Of a stretch of DNA of 64,000 nucleotides, positions 9,862 to 20,304 are shown piece by piece. Each line of letters opens with the position of its first letter. Position 1 is the first letter of the stretch. The translations under genes and the position numbers were made by a program. Source of the DNA: Candidatus Levybacteria bacterium RIFCSPHIGHO2_01_FULL_38_26. GTDB lineage: Bacteria > Patescibacteriota > Microgenomatia > Levybacterales > UBA12049. Below the pieces are notes generated by a model. The model was not told the origin of the DNA. It saw nothing but the letters and a program-made list of their open reading frames with translations, and ran no database searches. The stretch lies in the NCBI GenBank assembly GCA_001782075.1, contig MFNO01000022.1, positions 9,540 to 73,539 of the forward strand, given 5' to 3'.

Positions 9862-11351
9862 CAATATTTTTTCAAAAAATATTTACTCGCTATCCAAATA
9901 GAACCCAGCGAATGCTTGAAATATTGCCAGGATTTACTTCGTGGACTCTTATTCTTTTTCCTGTTTGGGGATCGCTGCTTATTCCTTACGTTGTTGCTTA
10001 CTTTATACTTTTTTTTGACGTTTATTGGTTTTATAAGTCGTTTTCACTGGCTATAACTGCTTATATTGCTTCCAAAAAAATAAAAGAGGCGGAAAATACG
10101 GATTGGCTAAAGAAAACAAAAAAACTCCGCAATTTTCAAAAAGTTACGCATGTCGTTGTAATTCCCAACTATAAAGAAAGTCTAGATAAACTTAGAGAAA
10201 CAGTCATGGCTCTGTCTTGGCAAACTTTTCCCCTAAAACGAATTTTTGTTGTTTTGGCAATGGAGGAGAGAGAAAAGGAGGCAACATATAAAGCCAAAAG
10301 CATAATTTCGGAATTTAGTCATATTTTTGGAGGCATCTTTGCTACTTACCACAAAGATGTTGCTGGAGAAGTTAAAGGTAAATCATCAAATGAGTCATAT
10401 GCTGCCAAAGTTGCGCATGATAAACTCGTGGATGATGGAATTATAGATATAAATTATGCAACTATATCTTCTGTTGATGCCGATTCAATCTTTGATAGAC
10501 AGTATTTTTCTTATCTTTGCTATAAGTTTCTCAACGATTCCAAACGCTATAATAAGTTTTGGCAGTCAGCAAATGTTTACTATAACAACTTTTGGAAGGT
10601 GCCGGCGCCTATTCGCGTCCTTGCTTTTTTTGGAAGTCTTTGGAGGATAGGCATACTTATTCAAAAAGACAGACTCGTTTCAAATTCTACCTATTCTTTG
10701 TCATTTTCGATGCTAAAAAAAATAGGATATTGGGATACAGATGTTATTCCTGAAGATTACAGAATTTTCTTCAAGGCTTTTTACAAACTGGGTGGAAACG
10801 TGTGGGCGGAGCCGATTTTTTTAAGAACGTCAATGGACGCACCTCTTTCTCATAGTTACATGAGAAGCCTTAAGAATAAATACAATCAAGAACTCCGTTG
10901 GTCATGGGGAGTATCGGATGATCCTTTGTTTATAAAATGGTGGTTAACAGTTCCCAACGTTCCCTTTATAAGAAAAACGATTATTCTTTACAATGTGCTT
11001 CTTGAACATTTTCTTTGGCCGGTCAATTGGTTTATCATAACAATCGCGGCAAATATTATGCCTTTTGTAAATCCTGTTTTTTCCCGCACCACTCTTGGCT
11101 ATAACTTGCCATACCTTGCGGGATTTATATTGACTTTGTGTCTTTTATCGCTGTGTTTTATGATAATTATAAACTTCAGACAGAGTTATAATTCCACTTC
11201 TCTATCAAAAGTTCGTCGATTATTAATGCCTCTTGAGTTTTTTCTCTTACCCATAGTTGGTTTTTTTCTCATAACTGTGCCTGCTCTTGTTTCACATACG
11301 CTTCTTATGATAGGAAAAAGGATTGAGTATAAAGTTACTGAAAAACTATGA
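9858..11351 (+). CDS. membrane GT2 processive-type glycosyltransferase
   Basis: IPNYKE, DADS, PED and QELRW (QxxRW) motifs; TM helices at both ends. Confidence 0.85.
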   Translation: MTIFFQKIFTRYPNRTQRMLEILPGFTSWTLILFPVWGSLLIPYVVAYFILFFDVYWFYKSFSLAITAYIASKKIKEAENTDWLKKTKKLRNFQKVTHVVVIPNYKESLDKLRETVMALSWQTFPLKRIFVVLAMEEREKEATYKAKSIISEFSHIFGGIFATYHKDVAGEVKGKSSNESYAAKVAHDKLVDDGIIDINYATISSVDADSIFDRQYFSYLCYKFLNDSKRYNKFWQSANVYYNNFWKVPAPIRVLAFFGSLWRIGILIQKDRLVSNSTYSLSFSMLKKIGYWDTDVIPEDYRIFFKAFYKLGGNVWAEPIFLRTSMDAPLSHSYMRSLKNKYNQELRWSWGVSDDPLFIKWWLTVPNVPFIRKTIILYNVLLEHFLWPVNWFIITIAANIMPFVNPVFSRTTLGYNLPYLAGFILTLCLLSLCFMIIINFRQSYNSTSLSKVRRLLMPLEFFLLPIVGFFLITVPALVSHTLLMIGKRIEYKVTEKL

Positions 11352-12799
11352 GGATCGTCTTAAAACTTGGAAAAAGCCACGATCTTTTATTTCTCGTATT
11401 CTCCTTTGTTGCTTTTTTTCTACTTAGACTTCCTTCTTTTTTTGAGCCAAATTGGTATGGAGATGAGGGAGTATACCAGGCGATAGGAGAGGCTATCAAT
11501 AAAGGGAGTTTATTATATAGAGATATTTGGGATAACAAACCGCCGCTTCTTTATTTTCTTTACGCATTGTTTAACTCTGATCAGTTTGCCTTGCGGTTTG
11601 TCTCCTTTATTTTTGGAGCATTTTCTATTGTGGTTTTTTTCTTTTTGTCCAAAAAGCTTTTCTCGCATTATTTTTTGACTACTTCTATTTTCGTGATACT
11701 TTTGGGACTTCCTATTATTGAGGGGAATATTGCTAATGCCGAAAATTTCATGATGCTTCCAATTCTTTTGTCTGCCTTTTTAATCTATAGTTTGCCTAAA
11801 CCACATTCAAAAACTGTTAGCTTTCAATTAGTTGCGGCTGGTTTATTACTTGGCATTGCTTTTCTTTTTAAAGTGGTCGCAATTTTTGACCTAATTGCGT
11901 TTTTAATTTTTCTTGTTATTGCAAACATACATCATAGATTCGGTTTAGCCATAATAAAAGAGAAGGTATTACCTCTTGTTTTTGGTTTTTTAATGCCTTT
12001 TATTATTGCTGTTTTGTACTTTTGGACACAGGGCACTTTTGCGGATTTTGTAAAAGCAAGCTTTTCTAGTAATATCGGCTATGTAGCATGGGAGAACAAA
12101 GTTATCTTTTCTCAAGATTTGCTTTTACTTAAAACGCTTTTATTAGGAATTGTAGTTGTTTTGATTTTTGTAAAACGTAAGCTATTTAGCGTAAGCGCGC
12201 TTTTTATTCTATTGTGGTTTGTGTTCTCGTTGTATAGTGCTTTTTTTACCCAGCGCCCTTACACACACTATCTTTTAGTGCTTCTTCCTAGTTTTTGCCT
12301 TTTGTTTGGTTTAATATTTTCGGAGAAAAAACAGCAAAAGATACTAACTATTTTTTTTATTTTTGCACTCGTGTTGATTATGAAAAATTTCAACCTTTAT
12401 GAAAAATCAATTAGTTATTATCAAAATTTTGCCTCTTTTTTGATAGGAAACAAATCAGTTGTTTCTTATCAAGAGTTTTTCGATAAAAGAACGCCTGTTG
12501 ATTATAAAGTAGCGTCATTTATTAAGTCAAAACTAGGGAAAGAAGAAACAATTTTTATCTGGGGAAACAATGCCCAACTTTATAAAATCATAGGAACTAC
12601 GCCTTCTGTAAAGTACGTTGTATCATATCATGTCTTAAGCAACGAGGATGGGATGAGTAATATAAGAAAGACAATCAAAGCTACTAAGCCAAGGTTTATT
12701 ATTATCATGCCTGATCAAGAGCCTGCTTCTTTTGAGCTTGTCCAGTACTTTGAGAGAATTAGTATTGATAGGGTATCAATATATGAGAGGTTTTTTTAA
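11348..12799 (+). CDS. GT-C fold (ArnT/PMT-like) polyprenol-sugar glycosyltransferase
   Basis: DEGVY and WDNKPP loop motifs, about 12 TM helices, soluble C-terminus. Confidence 0.8.
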   Translation: MRIVLKLGKSHDLLFLVFSFVAFFLLRLPSFFEPNWYGDEGVYQAIGEAINKGSLLYRDIWDNKPPLLYFLYALFNSDQFALRFVSFIFGAFSIVVFFFLSKKLFSHYFLTTSIFVILLGLPIIEGNIANAENFMMLPILLSAFLIYSLPKPHSKTVSFQLVAAGLLLGIAFLFKVVAIFDLIAFLIFLVIANIHHRFGLAIIKEKVLPLVFGFLMPFIIAVLYFWTQGTFADFVKASFSSNIGYVAWENKVIFSQDLLLLKTLLLGIVVVLIFVKRKLFSVSALFILLWFVFSLYSAFFTQRPYTHYLLVLLPSFCLLFGLIFSEKKQQKILTIFFIFALVLIMKNFNLYEKSISYYQNFASFLIGNKSVVSYQEFFDKRTPVDYKVASFIKSKLGKEETIFIWGNNAQLYKIIGTTPSVKYVVSYHVLSNEDGMSNIRKTIKATKPRFIIIMPDQEPASFELVQYFERISIDRVSIYERFF

Positions 12800-13136
12800 A
12801 AATATAATCTTTGATAAAACTACGCGCTTGGGGTTCTTTGGCACTTTCGGGACAGTATTAATTACTTTTTTATTGATAGTAGTTTATTACAATAAGATGC
12901 CTCCTTTTGTTCCAATTTTTAATCAGCTTCCATGGGGAGAACAAAGGTTGGGGATAAAAACAGAAATATTTATTCCAGTTTCAATCGTTTTTCTAGTTTT
13001 TGTAGTTAATCTGTTGTTGTCTTCAATTATATACAAAAAAATTCCTCTTGCTTCCCGTATCCTGGTAATAAGTAGCTTTACTTTTTCTATTCTCGCTTTC
13101 TTTTTTACGATAAGAACAATTCAGCTAATAATTTAA
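12783..13136 (+). CDS. small 3-TM membrane protein
   Basis: Hydrophobic; start taken at ATG 12783; abuts the next gene. Confidence 0.65.
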   Translation: MRGFFKNIIFDKTTRLGFFGTFGTVLITFLLIVVYYNKMPPFVPIFNQLPWGEQRLGIKTEIFIPVSIVFLVFVVNLLLSSIIYKKIPLASRILVISSFTFSILAFFFTIRTIQLII

Positions 13137-14200
13137 TGATAGTTTATTTACCTCTCATAACTGCGTTTCTTGCAACAATCATTGCAACGCCTCTGTCTTT
13201 GATTTTCATAAGACGTATGGGACTTTTTGATGATCCAAAAAGCCACAAGCATCCGGGTATAATTCACAAGATTCCAATACCAAGGGGCGGAGGAATACCT
13301 CTTGTTATAGGTATCTTTTTCGGGTCTATTTTTTTTCTGCCTTTTTCAAGCATTACTATTGCATTGTATTTTGCCTTGTTGTTCGCACTTTTTGTCGGGG
13401 TGTTGGATGACAAATTTGACATTTCTCCTTATTTTAGGTTTTTACTAAATATAATAGCGGCAATTATAGTGGTGGCAAGTGGCGTAGCCGTGCCTTTTAT
13501 TACAAACCCCTTTGATGGAATTCTTAATCTGGACAGTGTTGTTTTTTTCTCTCCTTTTGATACTTTTAATATTACAGCTTCTCAGATAATTGCAGTTATT
13601 TGGATAGTTTGGGTTATGAACATGCTTAATTGGAGTAAAGGGGTTGATGGACAGATGCCTGGAATAGTGGCAATATCGGCAGTTATCATTGGTATTGTAA
13701 GCATGCGTTATCCTCTAACTGAAGAGAATACTTTGATCGCCACAACTCTGTCATTTGCTATAGCTGGAAGCGCATTGGGTTTTTTGCTTTACAATTTTTA
13801 TCCTGCAAAAATTTTTCCAGGTTACGGCGCTACTGCTCTCTATCTTGCATTGGCAGTTGTATCTGTTCTTTCCAGCTCAAAACTGGCAACCGCAATACTT
13901 GTCATGGGAGTCCCGATGGTTGATGGAGCATTTACTGTAGTGCGAAGAATTCTAACAGGCCGTTCTCCTTTTTGGCATGACAACAAACATCTTCATCATT
14001 TGCTTCTTAGCCTTGGTCTTGGCCAGCGGTCCATAGCCTTGTTTTACTGGGGGATATCTGCTATATTAGGTACGATTTCTCTTCTTTTGTCAAGCAGAGG
14101 CAAAATGTTTGCAATTATAATGTTGATAGTTTTGGTAGGGGGAGCTTTGTTTTTTCTGCATTATGCCTTGAGCCATACAAATGATAAAAAAAACATATAA
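13136..14200 (+). CDS. MraY/WecA/TagO-family polyprenyl-phosphate GlcNAc-1-phosphate transferase
   Basis: PRGGG, GVLDD, GVDG, NFYPAKIF, DNKHLHH. Confidence 0.9.
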   Translation: MIVYLPLITAFLATIIATPLSLIFIRRMGLFDDPKSHKHPGIIHKIPIPRGGGIPLVIGIFFGSIFFLPFSSITIALYFALLFALFVGVLDDKFDISPYFRFLLNIIAAIIVVASGVAVPFITNPFDGILNLDSVVFFSPFDTFNITASQIIAVIWIVWVMNMLNWSKGVDGQMPGIVAISAVIIGIVSMRYPLTEENTLIATTLSFAIAGSALGFLLYNFYPAKIFPGYGATALYLALAVVSVLSSSKLATAILVMGVPMVDGAFTVVRRILTGRSPFWHDNKHLHHLLLSLGLGQRSIALFYWGISAILGTISLLLSSRGKMFAIIMLIVLVGGALFFLHYALSHTNDKKNI

Positions 14201-15122
14201 AATTTTAAAACTATTGCGGCCCAAACAATGGATAAAAAATTTGGCAATTTTTGCTGCGATTACTTTCTCGGGCAACCTGTTTGAACCTCTGATCTTTCAA
14301 CAAGTTCTGATCGCATTTTTTGCATTTTGCGGTCTTTCTTCTGCTGCATACATAGTTAACGATATATTTGACATAAAAAAAGACAGACTTCATCCTTTTA
14401 AAAAATTCAGGCCGCTAGCGCATGGAGATATTTCTATACCTGTTGCTCTTGTTATAGCGGCTTTTCTTACAATTGGATCATTATTTTTGGGATTTTTTGT
14501 AACGCCTGCATTTTTTTTGCTAGCTCTTATATATCTAGCCATTCAACTTCTATACTCGACGATCTTAAAACCAATAGCTATTATTGACATCTTGGCCATA
14601 GCGGCAGGATATATCCTCAGAGTTTACGCGGGCGAGGTAGCATCTGGCTTTCACATATCAGTCTGGCTGTCTTTGACAACGATTTCGGTATCTCTATTCT
14701 TGGCTATCGGCAAAAGAAGATCGGAGCTTACTCTTTTGTCTAGTAACAAAAGTTTAGATATAGCGAATATAAGAAAATCTTTGTCTCATTATTCGGAAAG
14801 ACTTTTAGATGTCTATGCTTCAATTTTCGCAACATCAACTTTTATTTCTTATACTCTTTTTACTTTTCTTGAGAACCCAAGAGGGCTAAAGCTTGGCCTA
14901 AGCGTTCTTCTTCCAGATTTTTTGCCGGATTTTTTCCAGAGAAAGTGGCTCATGATAACAATTGCTCCGGTTGTCTATGGACTCATGCGGTACCTGCAAG
15001 ATATTTATGAAAAGCAGGAAGGGGAAAGCCCAGAAAGAGTTCTTTTGTCAGACAAACCGCTTCTTATAACTGTAATTATTTGGATTATATTTGTTATTGG
15101 AATAATATATGTTTTGGGCTAA
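14181..15122 (+). CDS. UbiA-family decaprenyl-phosphate phosphoribosyltransferase-like protein
   Basis: LRPKQWIKN, YIVNDIFDIKKDRLHPFKKFRP, GKRRSEL. Confidence 0.88.
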   Translation: MIKKTYKILKLLRPKQWIKNLAIFAAITFSGNLFEPLIFQQVLIAFFAFCGLSSAAYIVNDIFDIKKDRLHPFKKFRPLAHGDISIPVALVIAAFLTIGSLFLGFFVTPAFFLLALIYLAIQLLYSTILKPIAIIDILAIAAGYILRVYAGEVASGFHISVWLSLTTISVSLFLAIGKRRSELTLLSSNKSLDIANIRKSLSHYSERLLDVYASIFATSTFISYTLFTFLENPRGLKLGLSVLLPDFLPDFFQRKWLMITIAPVVYGLMRYLQDIYEKQEGESPERVLLSDKPLLITVIIWIIFVIGIIYVLG

Positions 15123-15134
15123 TAAGTATAATCC

Positions 15135-15992
15135 ATGAAGTTAAAATACAAAGATAAGCTAGGGAAGACAATCAAATATTTTAGCGCAAAAGAATCTCGC
15201 TGGGGTTATAGTTTGCTCCTTAGGGGAACAAAGCATTTTGGATATTATCCAGTAGGAAAAGAACATATACCGATGAGCAAGGCTCAAAGATTAATGGAGG
15301 ATAAGTTGGGAAAAAAACTCGATCTTCCTCATAATTCGATGTTGTTAGATGCCGGCAGCGGTGAAGGAAATGTAGCAATATATCTCGCGGAAAAATACGG
15401 TTTTAACATACGCGGAGTAGACTTATTGGGTTTTGCAGTTAAACGCGCAGAGGAAAAATCCAAAAGATTGAATTTGCAAAATAAAGTTGAATTCCACGCT
15501 GGAGATTATACCAAGTTGAATTTTCCAAATAAGACCTTCGATGGCGTTTACACGATGGAGACTTTAGTACATGTCCCTGATTACAAAAAAGCCCTTTCAG
15601 AGTTTTACCGAATATTAAAACCTGGAGGTAGACTAGCTCTTTTTGAGTATTCGATACCTTCGAGGGAAAATCTTTCGCCAGAAGATCAACAGACTTGGAA
15701 TATGATCAACGAAGAATCTGGCATGCATAGTCTGCCATATTTTATTCATGGGAAAATGCCTCAAATACTAAAAAATGCAGGATTCGATAATGTTGTGGTA
15801 GAAAATATTACTCCGCACGTTCTTCCGATGTTAAGAAAATTTTATTTAATTGCGTACGTGCCTTATATTCTTTTTAAAGCATTAGGATTGCAAAGAAAAT
15901 TTATTAATACAACCTCGCCAGTTGAAGTATATAGAAGGTTAAAAGCAACCGATTATTGGAGGTACAATGTTATTACTGCAGTAAAAAGGTAA
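15135..15992 (+). CDS. class I SAM-dependent methyltransferase (sterol/tocopherol MT-like)
   Basis: HFGYY, LLDAGSGEG, FDGVYTMETLVH, ILKPGG. Confidence 0.85.
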   Translation: MKLKYKDKLGKTIKYFSAKESRWGYSLLLRGTKHFGYYPVGKEHIPMSKAQRLMEDKLGKKLDLPHNSMLLDAGSGEGNVAIYLAEKYGFNIRGVDLLGFAVKRAEEKSKRLNLQNKVEFHAGDYTKLNFPNKTFDGVYTMETLVHVPDYKKALSEFYRILKPGGRLALFEYSIPSRENLSPEDQQTWNMINEESGMHSLPYFIHGKMPQILKNAGFDNVVVENITPHVLPMLRKFYLIAYVPYILFKALGLQRKFINTTSPVEVYRRLKATDYWRYNVITAVKR

Positions 15993-16025
15993 CTGTTCTG
16001 CGATTACGTCTAGGTATTGGTAACT

Positions 16026-16841
16026 TTATTGTTTCTCTGCGTATTGGCTGCTGATCCAGCCTGTAGTTTCATCATCAAGTTTTATCTCAAGCCATCCGTC
16101 CCCCTCGCTTACTAAATCAAAAGTTTCACCAGGGTTTACTCTATCAATTTCCAGAGAAGCTGTTGAGCTGGCAGATCTGACTCTAAGAAATCCGGTCGGA
16201 GTATCAAGTATTACTATTTTGTTAACAGCTTGTGGTTGTTCCTGTGCCGAAGGGCTTGATACAGGTAGTATACCGAGAGAAATTAAGGCGGTGAGCTTAA
16301 ATCCTAGAGCTGTTTTTATCGCGACCGATCTATCTTTGTATCCTTCTTTTGTGATATTTAGAATATAATCAGAAGATTTGGACTCTTTAAGTGAAAATGG
16401 AGTTGTGCCTGATGGTTTGTTATTTAAAAACACACTCGTATCGTTTGGCAGAGACATAATCAAAAGTTCAGCTTCTTTGTCGCTGGGAATTGAGGTAAGA
16501 CTAATAATACTGCTGCTACCCTGAGACCCTTCTTCAAATTCCTTGTCAATAACTGTAAGAGTAGATTTATTTATAGTGATTTTTTCTTCAAATTCTCCAA
16601 ATTCGCTATTGGCAGGGACTAGTTTTATCGAATGCTCTCCAGTTTCAATAAGATCTTCAGGGTTACATTTACAAAGAGGTGTGTCTCCTATTTTTTCCCC
16701 ATTTAGAAACACTGATGCGACTGGCGTTGAGGTTACTTGCAGAGCTCCTTTTCCTGAGTTGTCTTGGAAAAATAATATAACACCTAAAAAAATGATTCCC
16801 GCCAAGAGGAGAAGAAAAACGAATATAATAATCTTTTTCAT
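16026..16841 (-). CDS. membrane-anchored PEGA-domain protein with C-terminal SH3b domain
   Basis: N-terminal TM; two PEGA-like repeats (VFLNGEKIGDTP, VFLNNKPSGTTP); LRVRS..GW..GWIS SH3b pattern. Confidence 0.8.
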   Translation of the reverse strand: MKKIIIFVFLLLLAGIIFLGVILFFQDNSGKGALQVTSTPVASVFLNGEKIGDTPLCKCNPEDLIETGEHSIKLVPANSEFGEFEEKITINKSTLTVIDKEFEEGSQGSSSIISLTSIPSDKEAELLIMSLPNDTSVFLNNKPSGTTPFSLKESKSSDYILNITKEGYKDRSVAIKTALGFKLTALISLGILPVSSPSAQEQPQAVNKIVILDTPTGFLRVRSASSTASLEIDRVNPGETFDLVSEGDGWLEIKLDDETTGWISSQYAEKQ

Positions 16842-16905
16842 GGTGATAGTAACAATTGTTTATTATGATAACATAAAGAACATTATTCTCACAAACTTAT
16901 TAAAC

Positions 16906-16928
16906 AAAAAAACCGCCTCTTCAGCGGT
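16906..16928 (-). terminator. intrinsic terminator of groESL
   Basis: Minus strand ACCGC-TGAAGAG-GCGGT followed by a T run. Confidence 0.7.
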
Positions 16929-16956
16929 AATTTTTCACTTTTAATTTTTAATTTTC

Positions 16957-18907
<1,951 letters not shown>

Positions 18908-18940
18908 AGCTTAAATATTGAAAGGCAGTTTTTCAAAAAA

Positions 18941-18996
18941 ATGTCACTTGTTAAAAGCGACTGCTAATTTATACTACAAAAATAAAAATCTGTCAA
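18941..18996 (-). promoter_or_regulatory. groES promoter with degenerate CIRCE
   Basis: Minus strand TTGACA-N17-TATAAA, then TTAGCAGTC-N9-AAGTGACAT (8/9 and 5/9 match to CIRCE arms). Confidence 0.7.
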
Positions 18997-19014
18997 TAGC
19001 CTATAGTTATCCTC

Positions 19015-19043
19015 TTGACACTAATCAGAAATTCTGATATTCT
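19015..19043 (+). promoter_or_regulatory. TA operon promoter with operator palindrome
   Basis: TTGACA-N17-TATTCT; perfect inverted repeat ATCAGAA-A-TTCTGAT at 19024-19038. Confidence 0.75.
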
Positions 19044-19052
19044 GAACATAAT

Positions 19053-19316
19053 ATGAAATTACTGCAAACAACCAGCATTATTCGCAATCGAGGTCAACTT
19101 ACTATTCCTGAGCCTATTCGAAAAGCTGTAGGCTGGGCAAATCCTTTGTCTGCTGTTTCTGTTTCAACTATGCATCCCGATGAAATTGTTATTCGACCTA
19201 AAAAAGAGGTTGATTGGGATAATATCTGGAAAGGTATAAAAAAAGCAAGAAGCTTAAAAGGAAAAAGAAGGGGTAGCCTATCTAAGTTTATAGCAGAGGA
19301 CAGGTATCGCCACTGA
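19053..19316 (+). CDS. vapB: AbrB/MazE-type antitoxin (VapB-like)
   Basis: RGQLTIPEPIRKAVG swapped-hairpin motif; TGATG overlap with the PIN toxin gene. Confidence 0.85.
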   Translation: MKLLQTTSIIRNRGQLTIPEPIRKAVGWANPLSAVSVSTMHPDEIVIRPKKEVDWDNIWKGIKKARSLKGKRRGSLSKFIAEDRYRH

Positions 19317-19750
19317 TGAAGAAGATTGTCGTTGATTCCTCGGTAATAATCAAATGGTTACACAAAGAAAATGAAAGATATCTTGATCAAGCGAGTAAAA
19401 TCTTAGAGGATGTCAAAAATGGCATTGTTACACTTCTTGCTCCTGAGCTTGCAAAATATGAAGTAGGAAATGCGTTTCTCTTTGGTAAAAAACTATCTAC
19501 CGATCAAGCAAAAATTCCTCTTGCCGCTTTTTATTTATTGCCGATTCGGTTTACTGTTCAATCAGAACAATCTGCAATTCTGACTTACGAAACAGCAGAA
19601 GAATTGAAGATTACTTACTATGACGCAAGTTTTATAGCTCTAGCTCATCAGGAGAAAGCCATTTTGGTTACCGACAACCCAAAACATCAAGGAAAAGATA
19701 AAAAGATTAAAGTTGTGCCACTGTCTGAGTACGGAGGGAAAGACCAATAA
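19316..19750 (+). CDS. vapC: PIN-domain toxin (VapC-like)
   Basis: VVDSSV, E(VGN), YDA, LVTD acidic PIN residues. Confidence 0.9.
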   Translation: MKKIVVDSSVIIKWLHKENERYLDQASKILEDVKNGIVTLLAPELAKYEVGNAFLFGKKLSTDQAKIPLAAFYLLPIRFTVQSEQSAILTYETAEELKITYYDASFIALAHQEKAILVTDNPKHQGKDKKIKVVPLSEYGGKDQ

Positions 19751-19887
19751 TAAGATGGTACAGTAATACAGTTTACGGGAGTGAAAGAAGAGTAAAAACA
19801 CCGTTACCGAATTTGTGAACACTTATAGTCGTCACTATTCCATGAAGAAACTTGAATCCTGCTATTAAGTCTGTTAAATTATTATAA

Positions 19888-20247
19888 ATGGTTTACAAAT
19901 CCAGAACAGAACATATTTTGATGATCCTACTGCAATGCTTCAATTTCTTCTCAGCCTTTGTGTCTGGACTTTTCTTGCTGTTTGCTGCATATCTTTTTTT
20001 CATGCAAAGTTTTCTGGCTATTCACCCAACTTTAGTTGTACATAGTATCTTTTGGTTACCGGTATCAATTAACCTATTGCGGCGAAGGCGTTGGGCATGG
20101 GTCTTAGCACTTGTAGGAGTTACTTCAATTCTTTTCGGCAATATCCTATTTATGATTTACTCTTTTCGAACAGTATACTGGTTTCCTATTTCGTTTAATC
20201 TTATCTATTTGTTTCTTCTATTAATTAACAGAAAGTTTTACAAGTAA
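19888..20247 (+). CDS. hypothetical 4-TM membrane protein
   Basis: Hydrophobic ORF with RRRRWAW loop. Confidence 0.55.
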   Translation: MVYKSRTEHILMILLQCFNFFSAFVSGLFLLFAAYLFFMQSFLAIHPTLVVHSIFWLPVSINLLRRRRWAWVLALVGVTSILFGNILFMIYSFRTVYWFPISFNLIYLFLLLINRKFYK

Positions 20248-20304
20248 TTTTCAAAATAATAATCTTGAAAAGTACAGAAGTACAGTAGTTTCGCTACTTG
20301 CTAC

